Counted from the first letter of the stretch, positions 1-10,345 are shown. The stretch is DNA of 64,000 nt from Thermodesulfobacteriota bacterium (GCA_034189385.1 JAXHVD010000017.1:1-64000), one strand, 5' to 3'. Notes: generated by a model from the sequence alone, not told the origin. A program made the numbers and translations.

Positions 1-309
1 AATAGATCCAGAGGCGGCAGGGCCCTATGGCCCTGCCGTCACTGTTGTAAGACCTGTTGAACCTTCTCCCCATACCCCCGGCCGTTGGCCATACCCTGGC
101 CCCTATCCAATCCCACTGGCACTTGGCATCACACCTGTGGTATCTTTTTGTCTGCGGGTTGGATGCTGCTATCGCAAAATGGGCTGTATGCGATTACATT
201 ATGCAGTGACGTTCAGACGTTCTGATAGTCTATTTCTGAATAGACACTTTCCGGATAGGGCGAATCGTTTCTCTTCGGCCTCCAATGCCTTTAGTCGCTG
301 TGCAAAAAC

Positions 310-521
310 GATGGAATCGTAAAAAGTACTTGTTGCTCACTTCGTGAGCATTCTTGGGATTCATTCTGCGCTTTGCTAAATCGCGGCACGAAGTGAAGCT
401 TTGCGCTATACTCTCCGCCGCGGCGGATCAAACAGTTCGCGATTTTGACGCTTCGCTTATCATGAATTTTGTCCCAAGAATGCTCAATGTCGTTCGCAAA
501 AGACTTTTTACAAGGCCTTCA
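310..521. mobile_element. MITE-like non-autonomous element, family A (cgtaaaaagt...actttttac ends)
   Basis: Imperfect terminal inverted repeats gatggaatcgtaaaaagt / actttttacaaggccttca; internal gtgagcatt...aatgctcaatgtcg shared with 41249-41461 and 53175-53378. Confidence 0.65.
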
Positions 522-614
522 AAGATGGTGGATAGAAATGGCTGTATGCCTGCTAAGAGGCTTTGCCTCAATTTTTAAACGTTACCCACTATTCGTTGTG
601 CTGAAACAGAAAAG

Positions 615-1040
615 ATGATCAAGATCACGTCCACGATTTCCCTTGCTGAGAAGGAGGTCCAGGAGGTTTTCATCCGTGGCTCTGGCCCTGGGGGGCAGAA
701 TGTGAACAAGGTTGCCACGGCCGTGCAGCTCCGCTTTGATGTGGGCAAGTCCCCCTCCCTGCCCGATGACGTTCGCAAGCGCCTGATCCGCCTGGCCGGC
801 AGGCGGATGACGGAAGGTGGCGTTTTGATTATTGAGGCACGGCGATTCCGTAGGCAGGAGCAGAATCGTCAGGACGCCATGGATCGGCTCGTCCGATTGA
901 TCCGCAGGGCTGCAGAAAGACCCAAAGCGCGCCGCAAGACAAGGCCCACCCTTGAATCAAAGAGGCGACGGTTGGAGGCCAAGCGCCGGCGTGCGGAAAC
1001 GAAGCGGATGCGACGGTCTGTTCGGCACGCCTTTTCATAG
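615..1040 (+). CDS. arfB: Alternative ribosome rescue peptidyl-tRNA hydrolase ArfB (YaeJ)
   Basis: SGPGGQNVNKV GGQ motif, basic C-terminal tail, 141 aa. Confidence 0.95.
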   Translation: MIKITSTISLAEKEVQEVFIRGSGPGGQNVNKVATAVQLRFDVGKSPSLPDDVRKRLIRLAGRRMTEGGVLIIEARRFRRQEQNRQDAMDRLVRLIRRAAERPKARRKTRPTLESKRRRLEAKRRRAETKRMRRSVRHAFS

Positions 1041-1172
1041 AGTGTGGTTTTCTGTTGTGCCCTATACCAAAATGTTGTTTAATGGGATGCAAAGCTACAT
1101 AAGTGTCGTTTGCAGGCTGTTCAAGTTCGGGGCACAAGCCATAACCCTTTAAGATCATTGTAATATATTTTT

Positions 1173-1188
1173 TGGCCCAATACTTGCT
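1173..1188 (+). promoter_or_regulatory. sigma54 (-24/-12) promoter of glnA
   Basis: TGGCCC-AATAC-TTGCT matches TGGCAC-N5-TTGCW, about 60 nt upstream of glnA. Confidence 0.8.
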
Positions 1189-1248
1189 GAAGTCTGACCA
1201 AAAGTTGTCTTGGGCAAATGACCAATGAATAAAAAGGAGGATGAGCAG

Positions 1249-2577
1249 ATGATTTGCAAGACCGAACAAGACGTTTTTGACATTGTAAAGGACACGGAGG
1301 TCAGCTTCATTCAGTTTTGGTTTACAGACGTATTGGGCATCTTGAAGAGCTTTGCCGTCACGCCCTCTGAACTGGAAGAAGGCATGACAGAAGGCATGGG
1401 CTTTGATGGCTCTTCTATTGCAGGCTTTGCCCGTATTGAAGAGAGTGACATGATTGCCAAACCTGACCCCACGACCTTTCAGTTCCTGCCATGGAGACCA
1501 GGAGACAAGCCTGTGGCCAGGATGTTCTGTGACATCCTGCAGCCTGACGGCAGCCCTTATGAGGCTGATCCTCGGTATGTGTTAAAGCGGGTGCTGAAAA
1601 AGGCGGCAGACCAGGGATACACCTATTATGTGGGTCCGGAGCTGGAGTTCTTCTACTTTGAGAGCAACGAGGCGCCCAAGATCATTGACAGGGGCGGGTA
1701 TTTTGACACGAGGCCGTTGGATTTAGGCAGTGACTTGAGAAGAGAGACGATCTTTGCCCTTCAGGACATGGGGGTACAGATAGAATACAGCCACCATGAA
1801 GTGGCCCCGAGCCAGCATGAGATTGACATGCGTTATGACGAAGGCTTGAAGATGGCCGACAAGACCCAGACCCTCAGGATCGTGGTCAAAGAGATTGCCA
1901 GGCAACAGGGGCGATACGCCACCTTTATGCCCAAACCCATGTTTGGAGAGAACGGCAGCGGCATGCATACCCATCAGTCTTTGTTTCAGGGAGAGAAGAA
2001 CGCCTTTTTTGACGCCAACGACCGGTACCACCTTTCTAAGGTAGGCAAGTCCTATATCGCCGGCATCATGCGACATGCCAGGGAAATGGCGGCTGTGACC
2101 AACCAGTGGGTCAACTCCTACAAACGGCTGGTGCCCGGTTACGAGGCACCGGTCTATGTTTCTTGGGCCAGGCGCAACCGATCTGCCATGGTTCGTGTGC
2201 CCATGTATAAGCCCGGCAAGGAGATGGCCACGCGTATTGAGTTTCGCTCCCCTGATCCTGCCTGTAATCCCTACCTGGCCTTTGCAGTGATGCTGGCGGC
2301 TGGGTTGAGGGGGGTCGAAGAGGACTACTCCCTGCCCGAACCGATTGAGGAGGACATCTATGAGATGGATGGGGAGGCAAGAAAGAAGGCAGGCATTGAT
2401 TCCTTGCCAGGCAACCTCTTTGAGGCCATTCAGGCCATAGAGACGAGCGAACTGGTGCGCGAGACCCTGGGTGATCATATCTTCAACAAGTTCATTGAAA
2501 ACAAGAAGATTGAGTGGGACAAGTATCGCACCCATGTCAGCCAGTATGAGATTGATAAATACCTTCCCATCATGTAA
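1249..2577 (+). CDS. glnA: Glutamine synthetase type I
   Basis: FDGSSI, GPELEFF, HHEVAPSQHEI, NGSGMHTHQS, RIEFRSPDPACNPYL motifs; AGGAGG 8 nt before ATG 1249 (ORF track starts at 1225). Confidence 0.96.
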   Translation: MICKTEQDVFDIVKDTEVSFIQFWFTDVLGILKSFAVTPSELEEGMTEGMGFDGSSIAGFARIEESDMIAKPDPTTFQFLPWRPGDKPVARMFCDILQPDGSPYEADPRYVLKRVLKKAADQGYTYYVGPELEFFYFESNEAPKIIDRGGYFDTRPLDLGSDLRRETIFALQDMGVQIEYSHHEVAPSQHEIDMRYDEGLKMADKTQTLRIVVKEIARQQGRYATFMPKPMFGENGSGMHTHQSLFQGEKNAFFDANDRYHLSKVGKSYIAGIMRHAREMAAVTNQWVNSYKRLVPGYEAPVYVSWARRNRSAMVRVPMYKPGKEMATRIEFRSPDPACNPYLAFAVMLAAGLRGVEEDYSLPEPIEEDIYEMDGEARKKAGIDSLPGNLFEAIQAIETSELVRETLGDHIFNKFIENKKIEWDKYRTHVSQYEIDKYLPIM

Positions 2578-2743
2578 GAAGCTCAAGGGGAGTAGAGGCA
2601 CGGCAGCATCACGCAGGTTCATGGTTGGAGTCTGCGTGGAATAAGAGAAGGCTACTCCAGACAGATGAGCCCATGACACTGCCTGTGGAACCTGTGGTTT
2701 TCAGAAACTGGGAATCCCTTCTCTTCAGGGATAGGATGACAAC

Positions 2744-2781
2744 AGGAGGTCCGCCTAACATTGGCGGACCTCTTTTGTTTT
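2744..2781 (+). terminator. Rho-independent terminator downstream of glnA
   Basis: gaggtccgcc-taacatt-ggcggacctc stem followed by ttttgtttt. Confidence 0.8.
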
Positions 2782-2828
2782 ATGACGCTACCTCTGCCGG
2801 CAGTTAAGAAAGGTACTATCTGAGGGCA

Positions 2829-4490
2829 ATGAAAATCGCTTTGGCGCAGATGAATCCCACCATCGGGGATTTTGAACACAACACGGAAAAGATGATGGGA
2901 TTCATAGAGAAGGCCAAGGGCCTTTCCTGTGACCTGATCGTCTTTTCTGAGCTGGTGATCTCGGGATACCCTCCACGGGATTTTCTGGAAAGGCAAGAAT
3001 TTGTGCAGGAGAATTTGAGCCATCTGCGAAGACTGGTGGACTCTGTGACAGGCATTGGCGTCATATGCGGGTTTGTGGATGAGAACCCCGATGACGAGGG
3101 CAACTCTCTTTACAACTCGGCAGTCCTTTTTGATACAGGGAAGATCCTCCACCAGACCCACAAAAGGCTACTTCCCGATTATGACATCTTTGACGAAAGA
3201 AGGTACTTCGAGCCGGGCAAGGAATGGTCTCCCTTTTCATACAAGGGATCTACCATAGGGCTGACCATTTGCGAGGACATTTGGAACGACAGCGACTTCT
3301 TGCCAAAACGCCTTTTTCCCCGGAGGCTCTATCCTATCGACCCAGTGGCAGGGATGATCAAGAAAGGGGCTGATCTGATCATCAACATGTCGGCCTCTCC
3401 CTTCTATGCAGGTAAAAGGAAGCTCCGCTGGGACATGCTCGGCAACATGGCCAAGAAATACAGGATACCCTTTTTTTATGTCAATCAAGTGGGCGGCAAT
3501 GACAGTGTGGTATTTGACGGTGAAAGCATGGCCTTTGATGCAAAGGGGCAGATAGCGGCCCGTGCCCTGGATTTTGAAGAGGATATGGTCCTTTTTGACA
3601 CTGCGACTCAAAAAGGTGATCTCCACCCGGTCAGTGACACAGAGGTTGAGTCTGTCTTTAAGGCCCTGATCATGGGAACCAGAGACTACGTGCAAAAATG
3701 CGGATTTTCCGAAGCGGTTATTGGATTGAGCGGTGGGATCGATTCGGCACTCACTGCCTGTATCGCTGTAGAGGCCTTGGGCAAGGAAAAGGTGAAGGGC
3801 GTCTTCATGCCCTCTCAATACACATCCCAGGCAAGCCGCGAAGACACGACCCTGCTGGCGCAGAACCTGGGGATGGAACTCACCCGTGTACCCATTTCGA
3901 AGATATTTGAGTCGTTTCTCCAGGAATTGCCCCCGGCATTCAACAACGTGGCCACGGAAATCACCGGCCAGAACATCCAGGCTCGCATCCGAGGGGTTCT
4001 CCTCATGGCTTTTTGCAATAGATACGGAGCCCTTCTTCTTTCAACAGGAAACAAATCCGAATTGGCAGTGGGCTATTGTACATTATATGGTGACATGAGT
4101 GGGGGGCTGGCCGTGATTTCCGATGTTCCCAAGGCCATGGTCTATGAACTGGCCCACTTCATCAATAGAGACCAAGAAATCATTCCTGAGCGAATACTTC
4201 AGAAACCACCTTCTGCGGAACTGAAACCTGGGCAAGTGGACCAAGACGACCTCCCTCCCTATGACCTACTCGACGGGATATCCAAGGCATATATTGAGGA
4301 GAATAGAGGGGCCGATGACATCGTTGCCATGGGCTTTGCCCCTGCAGTGGTCAAGGAGACCATCCGCCGTATTAATCGCAGCGAGTACAAACGTCATCAG
4401 GCGCCTCCGGGCTTAAAAGTCACTTCAAAGTCCTTCGGCTATGGGAGAAGATATCCTATAGCCCAAAAATTCTCCGCCCCCGGTGACTAG
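2829..4490 (+). CDS. nadE: Glutamine-dependent NAD+ synthetase
   Basis: N-terminal nitrilase domain (FSEL, KRLL, ICEDIW) plus GLSGGIDS, NIQARIR, TGNKSE, PPSAEL. Confidence 0.95.
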   Translation: MKIALAQMNPTIGDFEHNTEKMMGFIEKAKGLSCDLIVFSELVISGYPPRDFLERQEFVQENLSHLRRLVDSVTGIGVICGFVDENPDDEGNSLYNSAVLFDTGKILHQTHKRLLPDYDIFDERRYFEPGKEWSPFSYKGSTIGLTICEDIWNDSDFLPKRLFPRRLYPIDPVAGMIKKGADLIINMSASPFYAGKRKLRWDMLGNMAKKYRIPFFYVNQVGGNDSVVFDGESMAFDAKGQIAARALDFEEDMVLFDTATQKGDLHPVSDTEVESVFKALIMGTRDYVQKCGFSEAVIGLSGGIDSALTACIAVEALGKEKVKGVFMPSQYTSQASREDTTLLAQNLGMELTRVPISKIFESFLQELPPAFNNVATEITGQNIQARIRGVLLMAFCNRYGALLLSTGNKSELAVGYCTLYGDMSGGLAVISDVPKAMVYELAHFINRDQEIIPERILQKPPSAELKPGQVDQDDLPPYDLLDGISKAYIEENRGADDIVAMGFAPAVVKETIRRINRSEYKRHQAPPGLKVTSKSFGYGRRYPIAQKFSAPGD

Positions 4491-4630
4491 CGGGCTGTTG
4501 AAAAACGTCACGAGCGCGGTCAAGACAAGGCAAAATCCGACGAAAAAGCGCAGTTTATGTGTAATAAATGAGTATTTTGAGGAGGATTTTAACGCCGTAT
4601 TGTCAAGCGCAGTAGTTTTTCAACAGCCTG
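4491..4630. mobile_element. 140-bp MITE with 16-bp TIRs, flanked by CTAG
   Basis: cgggctgttgaaaaac ... gtttttcaacagcctg (15/16 inverted match); CTAG at 4487-4490 and 4631-4634. Confidence 0.8.
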
Positions 4631-4896
4631 CTAGAGACGATTTCATTTCTTCCCCCCGCTCTCGGTGTCCTGTCTCAGAAGTTCTTTTCAAAAAAGGACT
4701 GTTGCCATCAAGCTATTTTCCGGGCCCCGTGAGCATTTCTGGTGCATGACACCAGCCGCAGAATCATGAGAGGGATAGTTGGTCAATTGAGCGGCACACA
4801 AATGTGGGAAAGAAGGTCATTTTCAAACAAAAATGTAACTTCGGTACGGTCCGCGGCAAAGACTCTTTGGACAACCTTTTGTCTTTATGGTAGATA

Positions 4897-5039
4897 TTAA
4901 ACCAAATAAGCGAGCGCATTCCCCGTAGATTCCTGCGGGGTTAGGGAGCGTATAGTTAAGCAAACAACAACCTTACGGTGAACATTCCCCGTGGGTTCTG
5001 CCCGTTGGCAGTGCTTCGCAGCCCACGGGGAGGGTTCAA
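4897..5039. repeat. Dispersed hairpin repeat family B (long form)
   Basis: taagcgagcgcattccc + GC-rich hairpins + ttcaa end; relatives at 33485, 41576 and 45402. Confidence 0.7.
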
Positions 5040-5160
5040 TTGGCACGGTGTTTGCCAACTACGATGGAACGAGCCCTTTGCGATCATCAAGGGAAAGGGC
5101 CACAATGCGTTGTCACCAGGTCCATTGTTTCTTAGCAACCCTGTTGGAAAAGAGAGAAAG

Positions 5161-6291
5161 ATGTGCCGTCTCATAGCAATTACGAGTGAAACCCCCCTTT
5201 CTCCTATGAAAGCCATTGAGGCTCTAGATGTCATGAAGGAAGGGCACGATGGTTCGGGAGTGGGCCTATTTCTCACCGACTTGGGGGGCCATTTTGGGGA
5301 GTTGGACGGGGAACCCATCCTTTCCGGTATCTTCACAAACGCCGGCATGAAACGCTTGGATGGATTCATGATGGAGGTCGGCTTTTTGACCAAATATAAG
5401 CTCTCTATCAAAGTCCCGAAAACCCCTCCGCAGGGTGTGCCCAAGCGGGATGTGTACCTGATTCGTGCCTACGAATACCCCGAGACCTGGGAGGGCCTGA
5501 GCGAAGAGGAGATTCAACAGCGCATGATGGAGATCCGGCTCCAGCTTCGACAAATGGGGGAAGCGGATCATGACATGATCGTATTTAGTTTCTGGCCCGA
5601 TGTCATCATGATCAAGGAGATAGGAGAACCTCTGGCAGTGGCAGAATATCTTCAGTTGGATCGACCTGAACTGGAGGCCGGCATCATCATGGCGCAGGGG
5701 CGGCAAAACACAAACTATGCCATCAACCTTTATGCCTGCCATCCCTTCTTTATTCAAGGCATGGCCACCATGACCAACGGAGAGAACACCGCCTTTGTGC
5801 CCATTAGAGAATATCTCATGTCTTACGGCTTTCCCGGCTATATGGGTTACCAATCAGATTCAGAGGTCTTTGCCCATATTCTCCATTTTATTCAAACCCG
5901 CCTCGGGCTGGGGATTGAAGCTTACAAGCACGTGATGACGCCACTGGGAGACGAGGACCTGAAGAACCATCCGAACGGGCCCTTCTTGGGGCATCTGAAA
6001 CATACCTGCCGCAGGCTCATCATTGACGGTCCGAACTGCGTGATCGGCTGTCTTCGTGACAAGACGCTTTTTGTGGTGCAAGACCGAAAAAAGCTTCGAC
6101 CGGGAGTGGTGGGAGGTCGACCAGGCTGCTATGCCATTGCATCGGAGATATGCGGGCTGGACGCAGCCATTCCTGATAGAGACCGAACCAAGGACTTCCA
6201 ACCCATGTACTTGGATACGGCACTCATAGCCTCTGACCGCCAGGAGATCACTGTATGTCGTCAAACGGACGAATTGCCCCTTCCACACTGA
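5161..6291 (+). CDS. Class II glutamine amidotransferase (glutamate synthase amidotransferase subunit, GltB1-like)
   Basis: MCRL N-terminal Cys nucleophile at 5161; QGRQNTN, CHPFF, NGE, SDSE, DRKKLRP motifs. Confidence 0.9.
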   Translation: MCRLIAITSETPLSPMKAIEALDVMKEGHDGSGVGLFLTDLGGHFGELDGEPILSGIFTNAGMKRLDGFMMEVGFLTKYKLSIKVPKTPPQGVPKRDVYLIRAYEYPETWEGLSEEEIQQRMMEIRLQLRQMGEADHDMIVFSFWPDVIMIKEIGEPLAVAEYLQLDRPELEAGIIMAQGRQNTNYAINLYACHPFFIQGMATMTNGENTAFVPIREYLMSYGFPGYMGYQSDSEVFAHILHFIQTRLGLGIEAYKHVMTPLGDEDLKNHPNGPFLGHLKHTCRRLIIDGPNCVIGCLRDKTLFVVQDRKKLRPGVVGGRPGCYAIASEICGLDAAIPDRDRTKDFQPMYLDTALIASDRQEITVCRQTDELPLPH

Positions 6292-7889
6292 GTGTGAAGG
6301 ATCTGCCCTGGCAGATTCACTGGGACAAAGACAAGTGCACCCTTTGCGGGCGTTGCACGGCTGTCTGTCCGGTCCATGCCATTGAACTGGGCGTTTTCCG
6401 CAAACGTCTGGTGCAGACTTCTGTCAACCTCAAGGAGGCGCCCTCGAACGTCCATGAGGTCTTTCATGGTATTCGGCAGAAGACGGACCCCGCCTATGCC
6501 TGTGTAGGATGCGCCATGTGTTCTCTGGTCTGTCCAAACGATTGCATCATGCCCTACAGAAGTGATGAGGCAGACAAGCTCAGATATCATGTCAACCGGG
6601 GCGGGCAGCCGCGCCGTCGTGGAGGACGAAGAAACGTTCCAGGCGGCATCCTTGATCAGATTAAATTCATCCGCATCTCCATGTTGACCGATCCCGCACT
6701 GGACGCGGGGCGCCACGAATTTGAACTCCGTACTCTCTTGGGACGGATCCTCCCTCCGGAAGAGAACCTGCGACTGGTCCGGGAGGAGGGCTGGATCCCG
6801 CCTATTCGAGAGATATACCCCTTGATGATTGGAGCCATGTCCTTTGGGGCCCTTTCGCCGACCATGTGGGAGGGGCTGCAAATGGGCGTGGCCTATCTAA
6901 ATGAAGAACTGGGCATGCCGGTTTGTATGTGTACGGGTGAAGGCGGCTGCCCCCCGCGGCTTCTCCGATCACGATTCTTGAAATATGTCATTTTGCAGAT
7001 CGCAAGCGGCTATTTTGGATGGGACGAGATCATCCGTGCCATACCCGAGATGAAGGAGGACCCCTGTGCCATTGAAATCAAATACGGCCAGGGGGCCAAG
7101 CCCGGTGACGGTGGATTACTCATGTGGCACAAGGTCAATAAGCTCATTGCCACTGTCCGCGGGGTGCCGACGGGCATTAACCTGCCCAGTCCGCCCACCC
7201 ATCAGACCAAGTATTCCATAGAGGAATCGGTGGCCAAGATGATCCAGTCCATGTATATGGCCTGGGGCTTTCGGGTGCCCGTCTATCCCAAGATATCAGC
7301 CACGACCACAGCCCTGGCGGTGCTCAACAACCTGACCCGGAACCCCTATGCGGCCGCCCTGGCTATTGACGGGGAAGACGGCGGCACGGGGGCGGCTTAC
7401 AATGTTTCCATGGATCACATGGGACATCCCATAGCGAGCAACCTTCGCGACTGCTATCTGAATCTGGCCAAACTGGGCATGCAGAACGAGATCCCTCTGT
7501 TTGCCGGAGGCGGCGTGGGTAAAAGCGGCAATCTGGCCGCCAACGCAGCAGCCCTCATCATGTTGGGGGCAAGCGGCGTCCAGATCGGTAAGTATATCAT
7601 GCAGGCGGCAGCCGGTTGCCTTGGCTCGGAATCTGATAGGTGCAATATCTGCAACATTGGACTTTGTCCAAAAGGAATTACCTCACAGGACCCCAGGCTG
7701 TACAGGCGCCTGGATCCAGAGCAGGTGGCTGAGCGGGTAGTAGATGTTTTTCTTGCCTTTGATATTGAGCTCAAGAAGATCATGGCGCCCCTGGGTCGTT
7801 CCACCTCCCTTCCCATCGGCATGTCTGACGCCATTGGCATTAGTGATCGAAGCGCTGCAGATCGCCTTGAGATCAAGTATGTGGTGTGA
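6255..7889 (+). CDS. Glutamate synthase FMN-binding subunit with N-terminal 2x[4Fe-4S] ferredoxin (GltB2-like)
   Basis: Two CxxCxxCxxxCP motifs; MSFGALS, TGEGG, QIASG, EIKYGQGAKPGDGG, CxxxxxCPxGITSQ. Confidence 0.92.
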   Translation: MSSNGRIAPSTLSVKDLPWQIHWDKDKCTLCGRCTAVCPVHAIELGVFRKRLVQTSVNLKEAPSNVHEVFHGIRQKTDPAYACVGCAMCSLVCPNDCIMPYRSDEADKLRYHVNRGGQPRRRGGRRNVPGGILDQIKFIRISMLTDPALDAGRHEFELRTLLGRILPPEENLRLVREEGWIPPIREIYPLMIGAMSFGALSPTMWEGLQMGVAYLNEELGMPVCMCTGEGGCPPRLLRSRFLKYVILQIASGYFGWDEIIRAIPEMKEDPCAIEIKYGQGAKPGDGGLLMWHKVNKLIATVRGVPTGINLPSPPTHQTKYSIEESVAKMIQSMYMAWGFRVPVYPKISATTTALAVLNNLTRNPYAAALAIDGEDGGTGAAYNVSMDHMGHPIASNLRDCYLNLAKLGMQNEIPLFAGGGVGKSGNLAANAAALIMLGASGVQIGKYIMQAAAGCLGSESDRCNICNIGLCPKGITSQDPRLYRRLDPEQVAERVVDVFLAFDIELKKIMAPLGRSTSLPIGMSDAIGISDRSAADRLEIKYVV

Positions 7890-7948
7890 AGGATGAGTCG
7901 GTTCTGCCTACTAGGTTTTTGAAGCGTTACAAGGATTGCGGACGTCAC

Positions 7949-10279
7949 ATGGAAAGACACCAACCATATTGGATACCGGGCATGGAAGAGGGGCGCCGTT
8001 TGGAATCCCGTGTCTTAGAAGAGCATATCCAGGAGGCCGTGGGGGCAGGACGTCGGTTCTTGAAAGTAAAGGCCCACGGCCAACATGGCATTGGAGGTCG
8101 GTTATGGCGGGCAGCCGGTGAAACCGTGCGTATAGAAGTACATGGGACTTGTGGTCAGCGCGTTGGTTCCATGGGGTTTCCCAATACGTGCATTGAAATC
8201 ATGGGGCCGGCATCTGACGATGTGGGGTGGCTCAATGCCGGTGCGGAGATCGTCGTTCACGGCCATGGGAGCAATGGGGTTGGCAATGCCATGGCCCAGG
8301 GAAAGATCTATGTGGCTGGGAACGTGGGCGCCCGCGCCATGACTATGACCAAGCACAATCCGCGTTTTGATCCCCCCGAACTCTGGGTCCTGGGATCTGT
8401 GGGCGATTACTTTGCTGAATTCATGGCAGGGGGGATTGCCGTTGTCTGCGGTCACCAAGCCCAAGATCCATCCAATGTGCTGGGTTACCGTCCCTGCGTG
8501 GGCATGGTGGGGGGCAAGGTCTTCTTTCGGGGTCCTCATAAGGGATTCAGTGGAGTTGACGCAAAGCTAGTGCCCATTGAGGATAAGGACTGGCAGTGGC
8601 TGGAAGAACACCTGAAGGTCTTTTTGGAAAAAACCCATTCCGGGCAGCTCCTGGGCGAGATATCTGATCGGGCTCAGTGGCAGTTGCTCGTGGCCAGGAG
8701 TCCCTTGGAGCGAGGAGGCCGCAGGAGACGCTCCATGGGTGCCTTTTGCCGCGAAGTCTGGGACAATGAGTTGGGGACCGGCGGATTGATCGGAGATGTG
8801 ACCGATCTTGACCGGAGCCCTATTCCTGTCATCACAAGTGGCATCCTTCGCCGTTATGTACCTGTGTGGGAGAACCGGAAGTACGTCTCTCCTTGCGAGG
8901 CTACCTGTCCCACAGGGATACCGGTCCAGGAGCGGTGGCGTCTCATTCGTGAGGGTAGGGTCGATGAAGCGGTGGACATGGCCCTGGCCTATACCCCTTT
9001 TCCTGCCACTGTGTGCGGATACCTGTGCCCTAACCTGTGTATGCAAGGCTGCTCTCGGCACACGGCCAACATGGTCCCCGTGAACATGAAGACCTTGGGC
9101 CGGGCCAGCATTGATGCAAAGATGCCTGAATTACCGCCCCTGACAGGCAAAAGGATTGCAGTGGTGGGAGGGGGCCCCGCAGGTATCTCAGTGGCCTGGC
9201 AACTGCGGAGGCAAGGCCATGAGGCCGTGATCTTTGATATGGAAGAGACCCTGGGTGGCAAGATGGCATCTGCTATACCCAAGAGTCGCATCCCGGAAGA
9301 GGTTGTGAGCGCCGAGTTGGAGCGGGTGAAAAAGGTCCTACCCCACGTCCATCTTCAGCAGCGCCTTACCCGAGAAGACTTCGAGCAGTTGAAAGTGGAT
9401 TATGATTTTGTTGTCATTGCTGTTGGGGCCCAGAAGCCACGACTTCTCGACGTGCCGGGCAAGGAGAGGATGATCGCCGCTATTGACTTCTTGCGGCGCA
9501 GCAGACAAGACGGCGCCCAGGTCGGAAAGCGGCTGGTGATCATCGGTGCAGGTAACGTGGGCTGTGATGTAGCCACTGAGGCCCATCGAATGGGGGCTGA
9601 GGAGATCACGCTCATACATTACAGAAGGCCACCGGCTTCTGGTGAAGAGAAGGAGGCGGCGGAGGCGATCGGGGCGACATTCCGCTGGCCTTGCGTGACC
9701 AAGGCCATCACAGAACAGGGTGTAGAGCTTGCTACGGGAGAAGTGATTGCAGCAGAAACGGTTGTTGCCGCCACGGGCCATGAGCCAGATGTGGGTTTTC
9801 TCCCGGAGACCGTTGCCCTGGAGCGGGGCTTTGTTCAAGCAAACGCCTTCTTTCAGACGACAGACCCTCAGGTCTTTGCCATCGGCGACGTGGTGAAATT
9901 GGGTTTTCTCACCGATGCTATTGGTGCTGGCAGGAAGGCGGCCGGGGCCATCACTGATATTCTGGCAGGTAAACGGCCTCGGGGCGACATGGGCCAGATG
10001 GTAGATTATGATCGCATCAGGCTGGAGTATTTCGACCCCAGGTTCATGGAGTTTGACGACATACACCAATGTGCCGAAAACTGCTCTTCATGCGGGACCT
10101 GTCGGGACTGCGGGATTTGTATCGCCATATGTCCCCAGGGGGCCATCTCCCGAAAAGGAAATGGCGGCGGGGACTTTGAGATGGTCGTGGACCCGGAAAG
10201 ATGTATCGGTTGCGGGTTCTGCGCTGGTGCTTGCCCTTGCGGCATCTGGAGCCTTGTGGAAAACGAACCGATGGGGTAG
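7949..10279 (+). CDS. GXGXG (GltB3) domain fused to GltD-like FAD/NAD(P)H oxidoreductase and C-terminal ferredoxin
   Basis: GXGXG beta-helix repeats (AEFMAGG), PCEATCP, GGGPAG, GAGNVG, FAIGD, two C-terminal 4Fe-4S motifs; alternative start 7886. Confidence 0.88.
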   Translation: MERHQPYWIPGMEEGRRLESRVLEEHIQEAVGAGRRFLKVKAHGQHGIGGRLWRAAGETVRIEVHGTCGQRVGSMGFPNTCIEIMGPASDDVGWLNAGAEIVVHGHGSNGVGNAMAQGKIYVAGNVGARAMTMTKHNPRFDPPELWVLGSVGDYFAEFMAGGIAVVCGHQAQDPSNVLGYRPCVGMVGGKVFFRGPHKGFSGVDAKLVPIEDKDWQWLEEHLKVFLEKTHSGQLLGEISDRAQWQLLVARSPLERGGRRRRSMGAFCREVWDNELGTGGLIGDVTDLDRSPIPVITSGILRRYVPVWENRKYVSPCEATCPTGIPVQERWRLIREGRVDEAVDMALAYTPFPATVCGYLCPNLCMQGCSRHTANMVPVNMKTLGRASIDAKMPELPPLTGKRIAVVGGGPAGISVAWQLRRQGHEAVIFDMEETLGGKMASAIPKSRIPEEVVSAELERVKKVLPHVHLQQRLTREDFEQLKVDYDFVVIAVGAQKPRLLDVPGKERMIAAIDFLRRSRQDGAQVGKRLVIIGAGNVGCDVATEAHRMGAEEITLIHYRRPPASGEEKEAAEAIGATFRWPCVTKAITEQGVELATGEVIAAETVVAATGHEPDVGFLPETVALERGFVQANAFFQTTDPQVFAIGDVVKLGFLTDAIGAGRKAAGAITDILAGKRPRGDMGQMVDYDRIRLEYFDPRFMEFDDIHQCAENCSSCGTCRDCGICIAICPQGAISRKGNGGGDFEMVVDPERCIGCGFCAGACPCGIWSLVENEPMG

Positions 10280-10345
10280 GAGCGCCAGGCTCAGTCTTGT
10301 CTAGCTGAAGGAACTTGCCTCAACTCTTAAACGTTACCAAGCACA

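Noticed and set aside
39..128. Short minus-strand ORF ending at the hairpin at 13-40
   Set aside because: No RBS or recognisable motif, and it lies at the window edge
1723..2679. Long antisense ORFs (also 25473-26270, 43443-44210, 48944-49684 and others)
   Set aside because: Shadows of well-supported genes on the opposite strand, with no motifs
2594..2740. Lysine riboswitch (AGAGGCAC start)
   Set aside because: Downstream consensus elements are absent and the context does not fit
4978..5160. N-terminal extension of the amidotransferase
   Set aside because: Runs through repeat family B; class II enzymes need Cys at position 2, so the start is 5161
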